Source: Heterodontus francisci
Taxonomy: Eukaryota
Assembly: GCF_036365525.1 (NCBI RefSeq)
Contig: NC_090395.1
Span: forward strand, 46,878,136 to 46,942,135
Length of the DNA stretch: 64,000 bases
Reading direction: 5' to 3'
The position numbers and the translations under genes were made by a program. The notes below the pieces were generated by a model. It was not told where the DNA came from and did not search any database. It saw only the letters and a program-made list of their open reading frames with translations. Shown in pieces: positions 48,782 to 61,689 of the stretch; the first letter of the stretch is position 1; each line of letters starts with the position of its first letter.

Positions 48782-50268
48782 TTTCACAAAAAAGTGCTAT
48801 ATCGGATGATGATTTTTAATCCACCGGATGGAAACCTGAGTTAAATTTTTAAAAAAGAAATAGATAAAAGATGACTATACTAACAGTTAAAGATGGCCAC
48901 AACAATTTTCATCACCTCACTGTACATTTCAATGCATTGAGGTGGTGATGAATTGTCTGCACAGACCCATCAAGAACAATGACCTGGGCAAACTGAGTGA
49001 ACTATCTTCCTGATCCCATTAGCAAGGCATCACGGCCATCACCTGAATATGAAACTGGTGGAGACGAACCACTAAAACCTAATCACTTGAACAATGGGAC
49101 CCTGACTGTGAGAAGGGAATTCCGAGACATGGACTGATTAAGTTGCAAGAGGGAATACACACCATGCTTAAATCACTGGGTAATAGTCATGTGATAGGAC
49201 CACCATCTGTGTGCTTAAGCTGGTGTTTTCTCTGCAGCAACCAGACAAGCGGCATCTAACTGACAAGAGAAGACTCAAGTGGGGTCCTCCATCCTCTCTC
49301 TCCCCTATCCACCTTGCAAGCTTTGAACCCTGCTTGATGACTGTAATCAATGAGGCATATTACTGCTGCAGAAAAAGACTCTTTGAAGGAAATTAGCTGC
49401 GTTGCTGTCTCCAGAAGAACCACCGAATCAGCCATCCACATCTTCAAACCGGAAGCCTCAGGACCACCAAATTCAGCCTGAAGCCAGCCAAATCACTAAC
49501 CTCCACAGACTGTATAGCCCTTTTATTTCTCTAGACTCTAATTCAATCAATGTATCCATCCTCACTCTGTAACCTATTTGGGAGGCGGTTGCGAAGTGGT
49601 AACATCAATGGACAAGTAATCCAGAGGCCCAGGCTAGTGCTCTGAGGACATGGGTTCAAATCCCACCAGGGCAGATGGTGAAATTTGAATTCAATTAATA
49701 AATCTGGAATTAAAAGCTAGTCTAATGGTGACCATGAAACCATTGTTGATTGTTGTAAAAACCCATCTGGTTCACTAATGTCCTTTAGGGAAGGAAATCT
49801 GCAGTCCTTACCTGGTCTGGCCTACATGTGACTCCAGACCCACAGCAATGTGGTTGACTCTTAAATGCCCTCTGAAATGGCCTAACAAGCCACTCAGTTC
49901 AAGGGCAATTAGGGATGAGCAATAAATGCTGGTCCAGCCAGCAACGCCCGCATCCCACGAAAGAATTAAAAAAACATATTTGTGTGTGTGTGTGTATGTG
50001 AACTTGGAGTGTGTGTGTGTATTTGAAAGTTGGAGCGTATTTTATTATTTTACTTAAGTCGGTTTGAGTGTAATAAAGCTAATCTCATTCATTGTGAAAC
50101 TCAAGTAAACTTGTCTAATTGATTCTTTTTATGATGAGTGCATGTGAACAGTTAAACACTCACTGAATTGGCAAGTATATCCATTTCAAAAAGAAATAAA
50201 CCTGTTGTGGTCAACAAGGACAGGGAAAAGAGGGGAGGCATTTGACCCCTCCTCACCTGATCTTAACA
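48782..50268 (+). mobile_element. Solo LTR containing a SINE insertion
   Basis: Ends CCTCACCTGATCTTAACA with candidate TSD ACAG (48778-48781, 50269-50272). (TG)n tract followed by AATAAA. The left terminus is degenerate. Confidence 0.7.
49581..49972 (+). mobile_element. SINE family B, full length
   Basis: tRNA-like head, B-box GGTTCAAATCC, family A LINE tail and TSD AAC(C/A)TATTTG. Confidence 0.9.
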
Positions 50269-51581
50269 ACAGCATAAAAACAATTGGTTCAAAATATTTC
50301 ACATTGATTCTGCATGCGAATGGCAGGAAGAGACAATTGTAGGGAGTTACATTTTTTTTAAAATAGGCATAGCTAGATTAATTTCCTTTTCCCTTTACTT
50401 TATCCTTTCAAACCCATTTCAAAACGAGGTGCTACCTATGAAGTTTTTAGTGAGATTTTGAATGTAAGAAGCTGTAATTTATTTGTAGTAATTATTGTAT
50501 GAGGACATTATCACCACTCATTTTGTTGAATGATGCTGTCACTTTTTACGTTCAGACTGGGTGAGGTTTTTTTTGTATGTTATTCATATATTCAGTCAGT
50601 TTAGACTCATCACACTGCAGTCAGACATGATAAGTGAATCATTCTCAACCAACTTTAAAAACAGTTCCAAAGTCTCAAACCACTGTGAGCCACTAACACC
50701 TGCATTGTAAGTTGAATATTTTTACAAATCTTTTCACAGACACCAATGCAAAAAATGGAAAACTCTGTCAGTCCCTACCAATGATATTCCTTGTGCGGAC
50801 AAGCATAAAAGATCACTTACACAACAGTGTAATGACTCGATGATTTAACAAAATATAAGTTCTTGGATTTTGACATAGGCCAAGATTGTGCATTGACACA
50901 CCTGCCTTCAAGGAATGACTCATTGTAGTATTCATGCAATTGTGAGATATGTCCACGCCTTCATTGAACACATACCTGCTGGTGAAGAAAAAAGATATTC
51001 AGTAGCAAACTGTGTTAAAGCAGTCAGTTCCAGATGTCACTGGAATATTTAAGGCAATTAAAACATTTAATAATGTCCCTCTGCCATTCAAAAACCCATG
51101 AAAGAACATATATCCTTTGGGAGTCTGCTTTTGTGAAGGTGGTTTCATGAAGAACAATGGCTCTGATTTCATGGTTGTTTCACCCTGTACACATTCTATG
51201 AAGTAATAATTAACACATTTCTATGAAGTTTCACATTACATGGGTCTGAATTGGTGGTGTAAATTTGTTTGTGTATTTGAATTAATGGTTGCCATAACCA
51301 CTGCAACTTCCAGGGTAGCTGTTTGCTCTTTGCAGATTAACCAACAAGTCAAAAGTGTCTTGCTATTTGGATTGGGTTGTACAACCTTCATACTATTCCA
51401 GTATTGTAGAATGACTCCCCAACTCCCCACTACACCACCTTGTCAGTTAACTCACACTCTAGGAACTTGATGTTGTGATATACCTGACTTTATGAAAATT
51501 TCTAAAAAGCTGATGTGTTTGAAATATTTTTTAAAAAGTCTATTTTAAAAGTTGAGACAAAACTGCATGTCTTTTAATATT

Positions 51582-52429
51582 CCCTGAGGAGTTCCTTAAG
51601 GTAGTGTCCTAGGCCCAACCATCTTCAGCTGTTTCATCAATGACCTTCCTTCAACCATAAGGTCAGAAGTGGGGATGTTCGCTGATGATTGCACAATGTT
51701 CAGCACCATTCGTAACTCCTCAGATACTGAAGCAGTCCGTGTAGAAATGCAGCAAGACCTGGACAATATCCAGGCTTGGGTTGATAAGTGGCAAGTAACA
51801 TTCGCGCCACACAAGTGCCAGACAATGACCATCTCCAACAAGAGAGAATCTAACCATCTCCCCTTGACATTCAACAGCATTACCATCGCTGAACCCCGCA
51901 CTATCAACATCCTCGGGGCTACCATTGACCAGAAACTGAACTGGAGTAGCCATATAAATACCGTGGTCACAAGAGCAGGTCAGAGGCTAGGAATCCTAAG
52001 GCGAGTAACTCATCTCCTGACTCCCCAAAGCCTGTCCACCATCTACAAGGCACAAGTCAGGAGTGTGATGGAATACTCTCCACTTGCCTGGATGGGTGCA
52101 GCTCCAACAACACTCAAGAAGCTCGACACCATCCAGGACAAAGCAGCCCGCTTGATTGGCACCCCATCTACAAACATTCACTCCCTCCACCACCGACGCA
52201 CAGTGGCAGCAGTGTGTACCATCTACAAGATGCACTGCAGCAATGCACCAAGGCTCGTTAGACAGCACCTTCCAAACCCGCGACCTCTACCAACTAGAAG
52301 GACGAGGGGAGCAAATACATGGGAAAATACATGGCTCACCACCACCTTCTCGAAGGAAATTCGGGATTAGCAATAAATGCTGGCTTTGCCAGCGATGCCC
52401 ACAATCCGTGAACGAATTTTAAAAAAAAC
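51582..52429 (+). mobile_element. Family A LINE 3' fragment (RT C-terminus)
   Basis: ORF 51669-52370 (MFADDCT...RLGILRRVTHLL...MEYSPLAW), internal deletion near 52330 and A-tail. Confidence 0.92.
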
Positions 52430-52528
52430 TTCCTTTAGCCCTTAGACCAACTAGATTCATGAAAAATCATATTCTCAACAACCTGTCTGTGTTTTTTATC
52501 AGTTAAAGGGCAGTGCTGCAGAAATCTT

Positions 52529-52968
52529 TGGCCGGAATATAACGTCCCCCTCCCACCCCAAGAGCAGACTGGGAGGCAGTGGGGCGGGGGGGGCGTAGAA
52601 TAGTGTGGAAGATGGAGAGGGTGGCATGCCCATCACCTGCCCACCCCCACTGCTATTTTGCCAGCGGCCGGGGAGGTGGCAAACAGCCCGCCTGCCCGTA
52701 GGCTAAATGAGGCCCTTAAGTGGCTCTACCTGATCGGACACCCCACTAAAACAACCCCCCTTCCCCCAGATTCCGACTCCCCCTCCCCAATCCTTGCTGG
52801 GGCCCAGCCAATTGTCCTGGAAAGGCCCAACCCCCACTTAACTTTTTGGAGGCCGACATTCATGTTCCTTTTCTTGCTGGGTGCAGTCCCAGCAGTGGCC
52901 ACCACTGCTGGTGGTGCTGCTGGGACTGAAGAACTGCTGGACCTCTGATTGGACAGCAGCTCTTGCAA
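52529..52968. mobile_element. Partial Harbinger-type MITE
   Basis: Left end GGCCGGAATAT. Contains the CAGTCCCAGCAGTGGCCACCACT motif, the reverse complement of 6895-6920. Confidence 0.65.
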
Positions 52969-52969
52969 G

Positions 52970-53872
52970 ACTGAACTACCTTCCTGATCCCATTAACAAG
53001 ACATCAAGGCCATCACCTGACTATTAAACTGGTGGCGATGAACCACTCAATCCTAATCACTTGAACAATGGGACCCTGGTTGTGAGAAGAGAATTCTTAG
53101 GCATGGACTGATTAAGTTGCCAGAGAGAATACATACTGGTAACTACCATGCTTGAATCACTGGGTGACGGCCATCTGACAGGCCTGCTTTCTGTGTGCTT
53201 AAGCTAATGTTTTCTCTGTAGTAGTCAGACATGTAGCTAGACACTAACAAGAGAAGACTCAAGTGGGGTGCCTCCTTCCTTTCTCTCTCTCCAATCCACT
53301 TTGCAAGCTTCGAACCTTTCTTGCTGACCATGACCACCTAGGCATTTCCCTGCTGTAGACAGAGACCTCTTGAAGGAAATCAGCCACATTGCTGTCTTCA
53401 GGAGAACCATTGAATCAGCAGTCCACAGCAGTCCACATCTTCAAAGCAGAAGCCTCAAGACCACCAAAGGGAAGTCACGCGACCACCAAATTCAGCCTGA
53501 AGCCAGCCAAGTCATTAACCTCCACAGAATATGTACCCCTTTTATTTCTCTGGACTCAAATTCAACAAATCTCTCCTTCCCTGCTCTGTAACCTATTTGT
53601 ATGTGTACGTGAACTTCAAGTGTGTGTGTGTGTTTGTGTGTGTGTGAAGGTTGGAGTATATTTTATAATTTTACTTAGATTGGTTTAAGTACAATAAAGC
53701 TAACCGAGAAAACCTGTCTGATTGGTTCTTTTTATGATCATGGCACATAAACAGTTAAACACTCACTGAATTGGCAAATATATCCACTTCAAAAAGAAAT
53801 AAATTTGCTGCAGTCAAACAAGGAGAGGGAAAAGAGGAGAGCCCTTTGACCCCTCCTCACCTGATCCTATCA
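52970..53872 (+). mobile_element. 5'-truncated LTR of the same family as 48782-50268
   Basis: Colinear homology from TTCCTGATCCCATTA through CCCCTCCTCACCTGATC. Confidence 0.8.
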
Positions 53873-55687
53873 TCTGCAACTTGAATCAAATGTTCATATC
53901 ATGATCATGGCAACTGTGAAACAAGTGGCTTTTCTGTTATTTGAAATTTCCAGAGAAGTTGAGGCCACATTTGAATACCTAAAAAGTACACAAATACTCT
54001 TAGGATCCAATTTAAAAGCCACAGATGAGTTTACGTGATAACTTATCTTGGATTTTTAGAGTTACGGAATGGATCAAAACATAAAATATGAACTGGCAAA
54101 ACAAGTACACTGCCACAATTTTGACTTTGGCTATCCATCATAACCTCTAATCCATTTCAGGAAAGCTCGACATCATGGGGAAAATTGACCTTGGTCACTA
54201 TGTGCAAAGACATCTTAAATGCAATCATTAAAATGTCTTGTTGGTATTTCAAAAGGAAAAATTATAATTTTTCTAGAAACATTAACCAGAGAAAATACAT
54301 ATCGGAAACAAGGCAATTTATGTCTCCAAATGTTTAAGGTGAACTAAAAGGATAGATTTGAACTTTTGAATGGTCAGCTGATGAAGCTTGCAGGCCTGCT
54401 CCCTGATCATGGGAGTTCACCTACTCCGGCCAGTCGCAGTATCGGTCAGGAAGGTAGATCCAGTGTAGAGGGAGTGGAGAACTGATCATGGTGGTAGAGG
54501 GGGCTCAGGCAGCAGTGGATCCTGCTCTTCCTGGCCCCATTTTACACTTAGCTATTTGGGGGCTCTTCACTGCCGGATACAACTGGATGAAGTAAGCATT
54601 GTGCATGCACTGCCCAGTGGTCACTCAAAATTGCATCAGACACTGATTTGAAGAAAGTAATGAAGCTCCTGCCTGATTCAGGTGGGCGCATGCCCTTCAA
54701 AACTCCTGAGGCAATATGGTAATGGCAGGAACGTTGCTGAGAGTCCACCAGCATGAACGTAGAGAATTAAAATCACCCCTAAAGAGCTCTTAAAACTCTC
54801 AGAATATTCTGCTTAACGTTCTTGGGTGTTGCATAATTTAGTGGTCCTATTTAAATAATCAAACATACCAATGCTTGGCAGAAACTGAGAGGGCAATGAG
54901 ATTGAGCACACTGAAACCAGTAATAGGAGGGCAATCCGCCTGGCAGATGTCACCGGAGTGACTTCAATTTACTGCTTCACAGGCAAATATAGGACAAACA
55001 GAAATCCAGAGAAACTCTTTCATTCTGATTGCTCAAAAAGAAAAAATTGCATGGTACACATCTGGAGATAAACGGTTAACATTCATAAAATTACACCAAG
55101 AGTTTTACTCTCATTTAATAAGCAAGTTTCATACAGAAATAACATTTATTGACAAAAGGTCTCTACTTGAGTACCAATTAACACAGAAGGCCAGTATACC
55201 ACCAAGTGCATTAAACTGTTGTTTGTTCCTGTACACTACAAATGAAGGGTTGAGGAACATAAATCATCCCATATCAAAGTTGTGTATTAGAAAACATGTT
55301 TAAAGGCATCTAGCAATGCATTGGTAGACTGAGATAAATAGGTACATTGACCATTTCAGAAGCTATTCTATACAGCAGGAGATGTTCTTTGCATGAGCTG
55401 AAAGTAAGTGTTTACCTCTGCTCTATTCCCATTGATATTCTCATGTGATTCAGGGACAATAGCCTTTTGAACATACAGGGGCCAAAATACCTTGGCAGTT
55501 TGGCAGGTATTTCTTAGAACCATTCATAAAAAGGCTGGCACCCAGATATACCAGATCCCTATCTTATTTGAGAAATCTCATTCATTTTTATAATGGTTGG
55601 GCCTTTGCCTGTGCCTTGGAAAAAAGCCATCTCAGAGGAGCCAGAAACCAGGAGTTCCCACTATCTCAAAATATAATGGATCCAGTG

Positions 55688-55856
55688 GTCCTGGAACTCC
55701 CTCCCTAACAGCACTGTGGGAATATCCATACCAGATGGACTGCAGCAGTTCAAGAAGGCAGCTCACCACCACCTTCTCTGGGGGAATTAGGGATGAGTAA
55801 CAACTGCTGGCTTTGCCAGCGGCGCTCATATCCCAAGAAAGAATTTTTTTTAAAAA
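55688..55856 (+). mobile_element. Family A LINE extreme 3' end
   Basis: CCTGGAACTCCCTCCCTAACAGCACTGTGGG...AATTAGGGATG tail. Confidence 0.85.
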
Positions 55857-56624
55857 GGACGGTGGTATGCTGAGTCAGATAAAGTATAGAAGAATGGAAG
55901 TGGGCCACAATTTGAGGTCCAAGTCGGGGATGTGGTCTGGACCCCAAAAGGTGGTTAAAGTTTGATTATTGTATTATTAACTTCCTTACAACGAGTGCTG
56001 AGAGGGGACTGAATGGCTTCTTTGTGGATGTGGGAATGCCTCCCACCTAGATGGCAGCCGGATGGTGCAGTTACTGGTAGCATTGCACAGACAGCTGCTC
56101 ACGATGCCCATGCTGCATGCCTGCAGTGGCGTGGGTGCCAGCCAGCCCCATGTTAATGATGTGTCCTTCTACTGCCCCTGCAAATTCTGTGCTGGAAGGC
56201 ATAAGTGGGGTCAATCCCAGCATATCTGCTGGATCATAACCTATGCATCTTGAGCGCTACATTCTCCAAATTTTCCCTAAAATCTGTGGTGCAATGGTTA
56301 AAAGTCTAGACCGTGGTTAAATTGGAGCTTTCTAAGAAGGGCATATTCACCCCATCATGTGCCCTTGTACATTTGATCCCACCCCAATGGTTAGCCCTTC
56401 CCATTTTTTTCTTCCCACTGCCACTTTCAAAATTGGGGAACTGGGGCAATATGACTTGCAGCCAGGGAGAATAGTGGGAGCAACAAGGAAGCATCTTGGC
56501 TGATTTCAAAGAATATATTGGCCCCTGTAAGAGATTCACCCCACATTCCCATGAGTCTAGTCATGAGCATTCCCATTGAAATAAGTGCTCGCTTTCAGCA
56601 AAATAATGTTAGCCCCTGAAATAA

Positions 56625-56800
56625 ACTTATGCTTACCCTAAGATCAACCCTAACCCAGGTCTAAATCAGCTTTAACTTGAAGGTTAACCCTATGTTTGCC
56701 TCTAATTCTCAGCCTAAATCTTGCTCTTAGCCCATTTCTATCTCTTAGCTTAACACTAACTCTATCCTCAAATCTAGCATTGACCCCAATCCTAATTTTA
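56625..56800 (+). repeat. Degenerate (CCCTAA)n-like hexamer repeat
   Basis: ACCCTAA, AACCCTAACCC, TAACCCTA, GCCTAA, CACTAA and TCCTAA recur with roughly 6-nt periodicity. Confidence 0.55.
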
Positions 56801-57191
56801 TTCGGAGGTAGATTTAATTAGCGACACTAGCAGAAACTGTAATAAGGAGCTCAATGGAGCTGCAACACAGCTGGTGGGAGCAACAAGGAGTAGTACCAAT
56901 GCAGGTGAGACCTGGAACAAGACTAGCATAGGTGGCAGCAAGGTGAGAAGGTGACAGAAGAGTTTCACAGTAAGTTAGAATATTTCACCAACGAGGTTAA
57001 TGAGGGTGGTAATAACCTGATAAAGATTAAAAAGGTAAACATGCTGTTGCCAATTACAGAAAATCTCTAATCTAGAAGCACATGACAGTAAGTCAGAAGA
57101 ACCAGGAATGAAGCTGGTACATAAAGTCTCTCTTCTAAGCTTCCAAAATTCAATGGTAAATGAAATATCAGAAGGACAGGTTACCTAAATA

Positions 57192-57575
57192 TGGGCTGAG
57201 AGGGTGATCTAATTGAGGTATTTCAAATGATAAGATTTGATAGAGAAAATGCAGAAAAACTATTTGTTTTGGCGGAGGAATCCAAAACAAGGGGGTACAC
57301 CCATAAAATTAGAGATGGGCTATTCAGAAGTGAAATCAGGAAACATTTGTCTCACAAAGGGTCGTGGAAATCTGGAATTCTCTCCCCTCAAAAATTGTGG
57401 CTGCTGGGTCAATTGAAATTTTAAAGATTGAGATCAGCAGATTTTTATTATATTTGGTATCACGGGATATAGATAAAAAGCAAGTAAGTGGACATTAGGT
57501 AAAAATCAACCATTTTCTAACTGAATGGCAGAATAGGCTCAAGGGGCTGAATGGCCTACTCCTGTTCCCATGTAA
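57192..57575 (+). mobile_element. CR1 3' end
   Basis: LRGDLIEVF...EKLFVLAEESKTRG..KIR..FRSEIRKH, with tail GGGGCTGAATGGCCTACTCCTGTTCC. Confidence 0.85.
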
Positions 57576-58959
57576 AAAGACCAATTTTGGAAATCTGGTG
57601 AGGAAATAAAGAACAGGTAGCATAAGCACCCAGTGAGACAAGAATTGCAACACTGCCTCAAACCATTTTTGCTCATTTTAATGCACAGGTAACTTTCATG
57701 CCTTAGGAGCAATTCTGCTTATTCATGCTCAAGTCATGTAGTTCTTTTGTTTCATTTATTAATGTTTGGGAGGGTTGGTCTAAGGTTATCTTTGCAGACT
57801 GTTTAGACATATTTATACAAGGACCAACATTACACAGAGTAAATTGTTTGATATATGACTCATATGTAGTCTTGTTATTTCCAGGTAAGATAGAAGATAA
57901 ATGATTGAATTGTTTGGCTTATGGGGTGGTTTCATTTCTTAGTTTGGCAGATGGTCAGAATTAAGATAAAAATAAAAGACTTGTGATCGTAACAAGAAGT
58001 CAATTAAAATTGTATCCTTTTGTTTCTAGATTTTTTTAATTATCAAGAAACAGAGCAGTTATCTGTACATTTTCTTTTTATAGTTCTTAACAAAATTTAC
58101 AGCAGTGCTGAACATATGAGAAATATAATTCTTTTGAATGTTTTGATGAGGCTTATCTTTCCTAAATGTTATCATCCACAATTTCGGTAAATCGTGGTTG
58201 TGGCCACACAGCATTCTTGAATACATAAAGACGTGTACTTATATAACACTAGCCATCACTGGCAGCCTGCAGCTGCTGAAGTGGAGGAGCAATATTCTGG
58301 AGCAGTTGGCTTCAGCCAGGGGCATCAGATACTCTGACACAATGGAGGATGTGCTCATAGATCAATTCAGCAGTAGGGAGGACGTCTTCCTCCTCTGATA
58401 TGGATGTCAGATGCCCAGACAAATCGAGAGAGATGGCAGAACATGTGAATGCTACAAGCATTGTCCCCAGAACACAAATTTAATGTTCTCAAAAGGAGTG
58501 TGAAGTTAAGACTTTCCTTCATATCCACCTGACTCCCTGCGTAGTCCTGCACCATCCTATTTTAGCCTCAACATTATTAATCCCTGATTCCCATGCCACT
58601 CCTCCAATTGGAATGGGGACACATCACTGCACTTCCTTCTGATTGCACAAATCCTCAAAACTTGCTCCTGCCCTCACAACAACCTCCCCTTTTGGTCACA
58701 CTTGCTGTGTTGGTTGTAGGCCCCTTCTGTGAAATTGGGCTGCTCCAGCACCTGACTTGCAACATGATAAACTTGGTCAGCACTTCATGGTGCTAACAGG
58801 CAACATGGTGCTGTTTAGAGGGCTCATCTCTCCACACAGGTTAGTTGTTAGTTCGACTTTTATGCTCCTTTTCAACTTTTAGGTATTATTAGGCCTGTTT
58901 TCTGACTTCTACAACTTAATTCTGACTTCTGATAAGAAAATTTTGCTGTTGTGGACTGG

Positions 58960-59440
58960 TTTTGACTGCCCTCAAAACGATTTTACTGTAGTCATGGGTG
59001 GTGTGGTACGGCTGCCTTCTGGGTGGGGGAGCACCCAAAAAGCCAGGAGAGAGGAGAAGCAGCTGGCAGAAGTGGGGGGAGGAGAGCACTGTGCAGGACA
59101 CCAAACCCCCACCAATTTTCAGGGAACACTTCTCCTACTTTAACTTTACTGAACAGCAACGTCTAAGCTGCTTTCATGTCAGAAAGGACATTCTCACCAA
59201 GCTATATCACCTGCTGCACTCACAACTCAAGCCTCTTATCAGGGCATGGACAGCACTGCCTGTAACTGGTAATGTCACTGTACCCCTTATCTTTGATTCA
59301 ACAAGCTCACTCTTGGTTGCAGGAGGTAGCATTAGTGATATCTCCCAGTTTGCAGTCCACTGCTATATTAGAGACTGAACAAGGCTCTCTACATCAGGAG
59401 GAACAAATACATCTTTTTTCCAATGGACGGAGTAAAATAG
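58960..59440 (+). pseudogene. Harbinger transposase N-terminal remnant
   Basis: IFREHFSYFNFTEQQRLSCFHVRKDILTKLYHLLHSQL..TALPV..VT...ISDISQFAVHCYIRD resembles the HARBI1-type HTH region. Confidence 0.75.
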
Positions 59441-59929
59441 GACAAGACCACCACTGTCTGATTGCCTTCCATCTATCTTGACTTAACAGGCATTTCCCTC
59501 ACTTTACTGCAAACATTAACACCAACACCGAAACAATTCAACAACCCAATTCCTTCTGTGTAATATAGTTTACAGTAATAATTAAAAATCACACTTCGGC
59601 AACCCCTTTCTGCCTGCCTTATGTGCTCACTTGCCTATCCTAGTGCTCCTACAAAATATATCCACAATAACTACAAGTTGGGAGGTGAAAGGCTGCTGAA
59701 CCTCTATTGGGAACACTTCAGATGGCTGTGGTGAGCAATCTTGAGTAGCTCTGGGCTTGAGGGCCCAGCCACAGACTATGGCATCAAAGTGTGGACCAGG
59801 GAAGTCTGGCCCACCTAGCTGTGTGGCATTAGAAAGGGCACTGACAGAGTGAGTGGCAGGGGAACAGGCATGCCGTCATCCTGTCATGGCTGTAATGGGG
59901 TCTGGTTCTGCCAGGACCACTTGGTGCCA

Positions 59930-61125
59930 GGCCTCATTACACCCTTGATCTAAACATGCTCAAAACTGCTGAATTCCAGAGGTGAGGTGAGAGTGATTGC
60001 CCTTGACATTAAGGTAGCATTTGACTGAATGTGACATCAAGGAGCCCTAGTAGAATTGGAGTCATACCTAGAACAAAGGAAGATGGTTGTGGTTGCTGGA
60101 GGCCAATCATCCCAGCTCCAGGATATCACTGCAGGAGTTCCTCAGGGTAGTGTCCTCGACCCAAACATCTTCAGCTGCTTCATCAATGGCCTTTCCTCCA
60201 TTATAAGGTCGGAAGTGCGGATGTTCGCTGATGATAGCACAGTGTTCAATTCCATTCACAATTCCTCAGATAATGAAGCATTCCATGCCCACATACAGCA
60301 AGAACAGGACAACATTCGGTCTTGGACTAATGAGTGGCATGTAACATTCGCTCCACAAAAGGCCCAAGCATTGACCATCTCCGACAGGAGAGAATCCAAC
60401 AACCTCCCTGTGACATTCAACAGCATTACAATCACTGAATCCCCTACCATCAACATCCTGGGGGTTACCACTGACCAGAAATTTAACTGGACCTGCCATA
60501 TAAATACTGTGGCTACAAGGGCAGGTCAGAGGCTGGGAATTCTGCCGCAAGTAACTCACCTTCTGACTCTGTAAAGCCTGTCCAAAATTTACAAGGCAGT
60601 AGTCAGGAGTGTGATGGAATACTTCCCACTTGCCTAGATGAGTGCATCTCCAACAACACTCAAAAAGCTCAACACCATCCAGGACAAAGCAGCCCACTTG
60701 ATTGGCACCCCATCCGCCACATTAAAGATTTATTCCTGCCACCACTGGTGCACAGTGGCAGCAGTGTGTACCATCTACATGCACTGCAGAAACTTGCTAA
60801 AGGTCCTTCAACAGCACCTTCCAAACCCATGACCTCTACCACCTAGAAGGATAAGGGCAGCAGGCGCATGGGAACACCAACCCCTGTAAGCTCCCCTCAC
60901 ACACCATCCTGACTTGGAAATATACCATGCCATTCCTTCACTGTGGCTGGGTGAAAATCCTGGAACTCCCTCCCTAACAGCACTGTGGGTGTACCTACCC
61001 CACATGGACGGCAGCGGTTCAAGAAGGCAGCTCATCACCACCTTCTCAAGGGCAATTAGGGATGGGCAATAAATGCCGGCCTAGCCAGCAATACTCCGAT
61101 CCCATGAACAAATATAAAACAAAAC
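59930..61125 (+). mobile_element. Family A LINE 3' part
   Basis: ORF 60056-60574 (GVPQGSVLDP, FADDST, QRLGIL) and the standard tail. Confidence 0.92.
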
Positions 61126-61434
61126 TGAGATAGGACAGCAGGTACCTCTCACATGGAACCAAGACCACTCTCCTGGACTAGGCTTCAGCACTCCTAATGC
61201 TCTGCATGAGAAAGGAGTGCAGAAGTGATGTGATGTTCCAAAATCCCTGTTAGCAGTGATCCATAGTCAAGGTGGTGGTCATCCGAGCTTCCAAGACAAC
61301 AGTGTAGTATCTTGATAATAGGAGAGAGAAGGGAAGCAGGGAAAAGGGGTAATGTATTATTATTACATATTATATACTGAGGTTAGGTGGTGGAGGTGTG
61401 AGTAGACAGTAAGCTTCTTTTGGCATTGCAGCCA

Positions 61435-61625
61435 TGTCCTCTCAGCTAAGTTCTGGCACTGATGTCCTCAGTGACCTCTGCCTAATATGGTAAAGGTGTT
61501 GCCTGGAGGACTTTGTACCTGCTGGAGAGAAAAAGATCACTGTACTTCTGTCAACTGCCTGCACCATGACCTTCATTGCGGCATCAGGGAACCTGAGTGC
61601 ACTTTTCCAGCCATTTCTTTTCAAT
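61435..61625 (-). pseudogene. Harbinger Myb/SANT exon remnant, convergent with the transposase remnant at 58960
   Basis: KSALRFPDAAMKVMVQAVDRSTVIFF resembles the APRFSDxxLExL..V.RRxVLF motif seen at 36290. Confidence 0.5.
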
Positions 61626-61689
61626 CTTGCAGGTTTCCTCATTGTTAGCAGGCAAAGTGCACCTCCCCTTCACTTCCTTTTAAGGGGAG

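Noticed and set aside
48782-53872. Intact provirus bounded by two LTRs
   Set aside because: No PBS or gag/pol between the LTRs, the LTRs are diverged, and the first has its own candidate TSD.
58320-58450. Additional Myb/SANT remnant (RYSDTMEDVLIDQFSSREDVF)
   Set aside because: Short and weak similarity with no TIRs resolved, so not listed as a feature.
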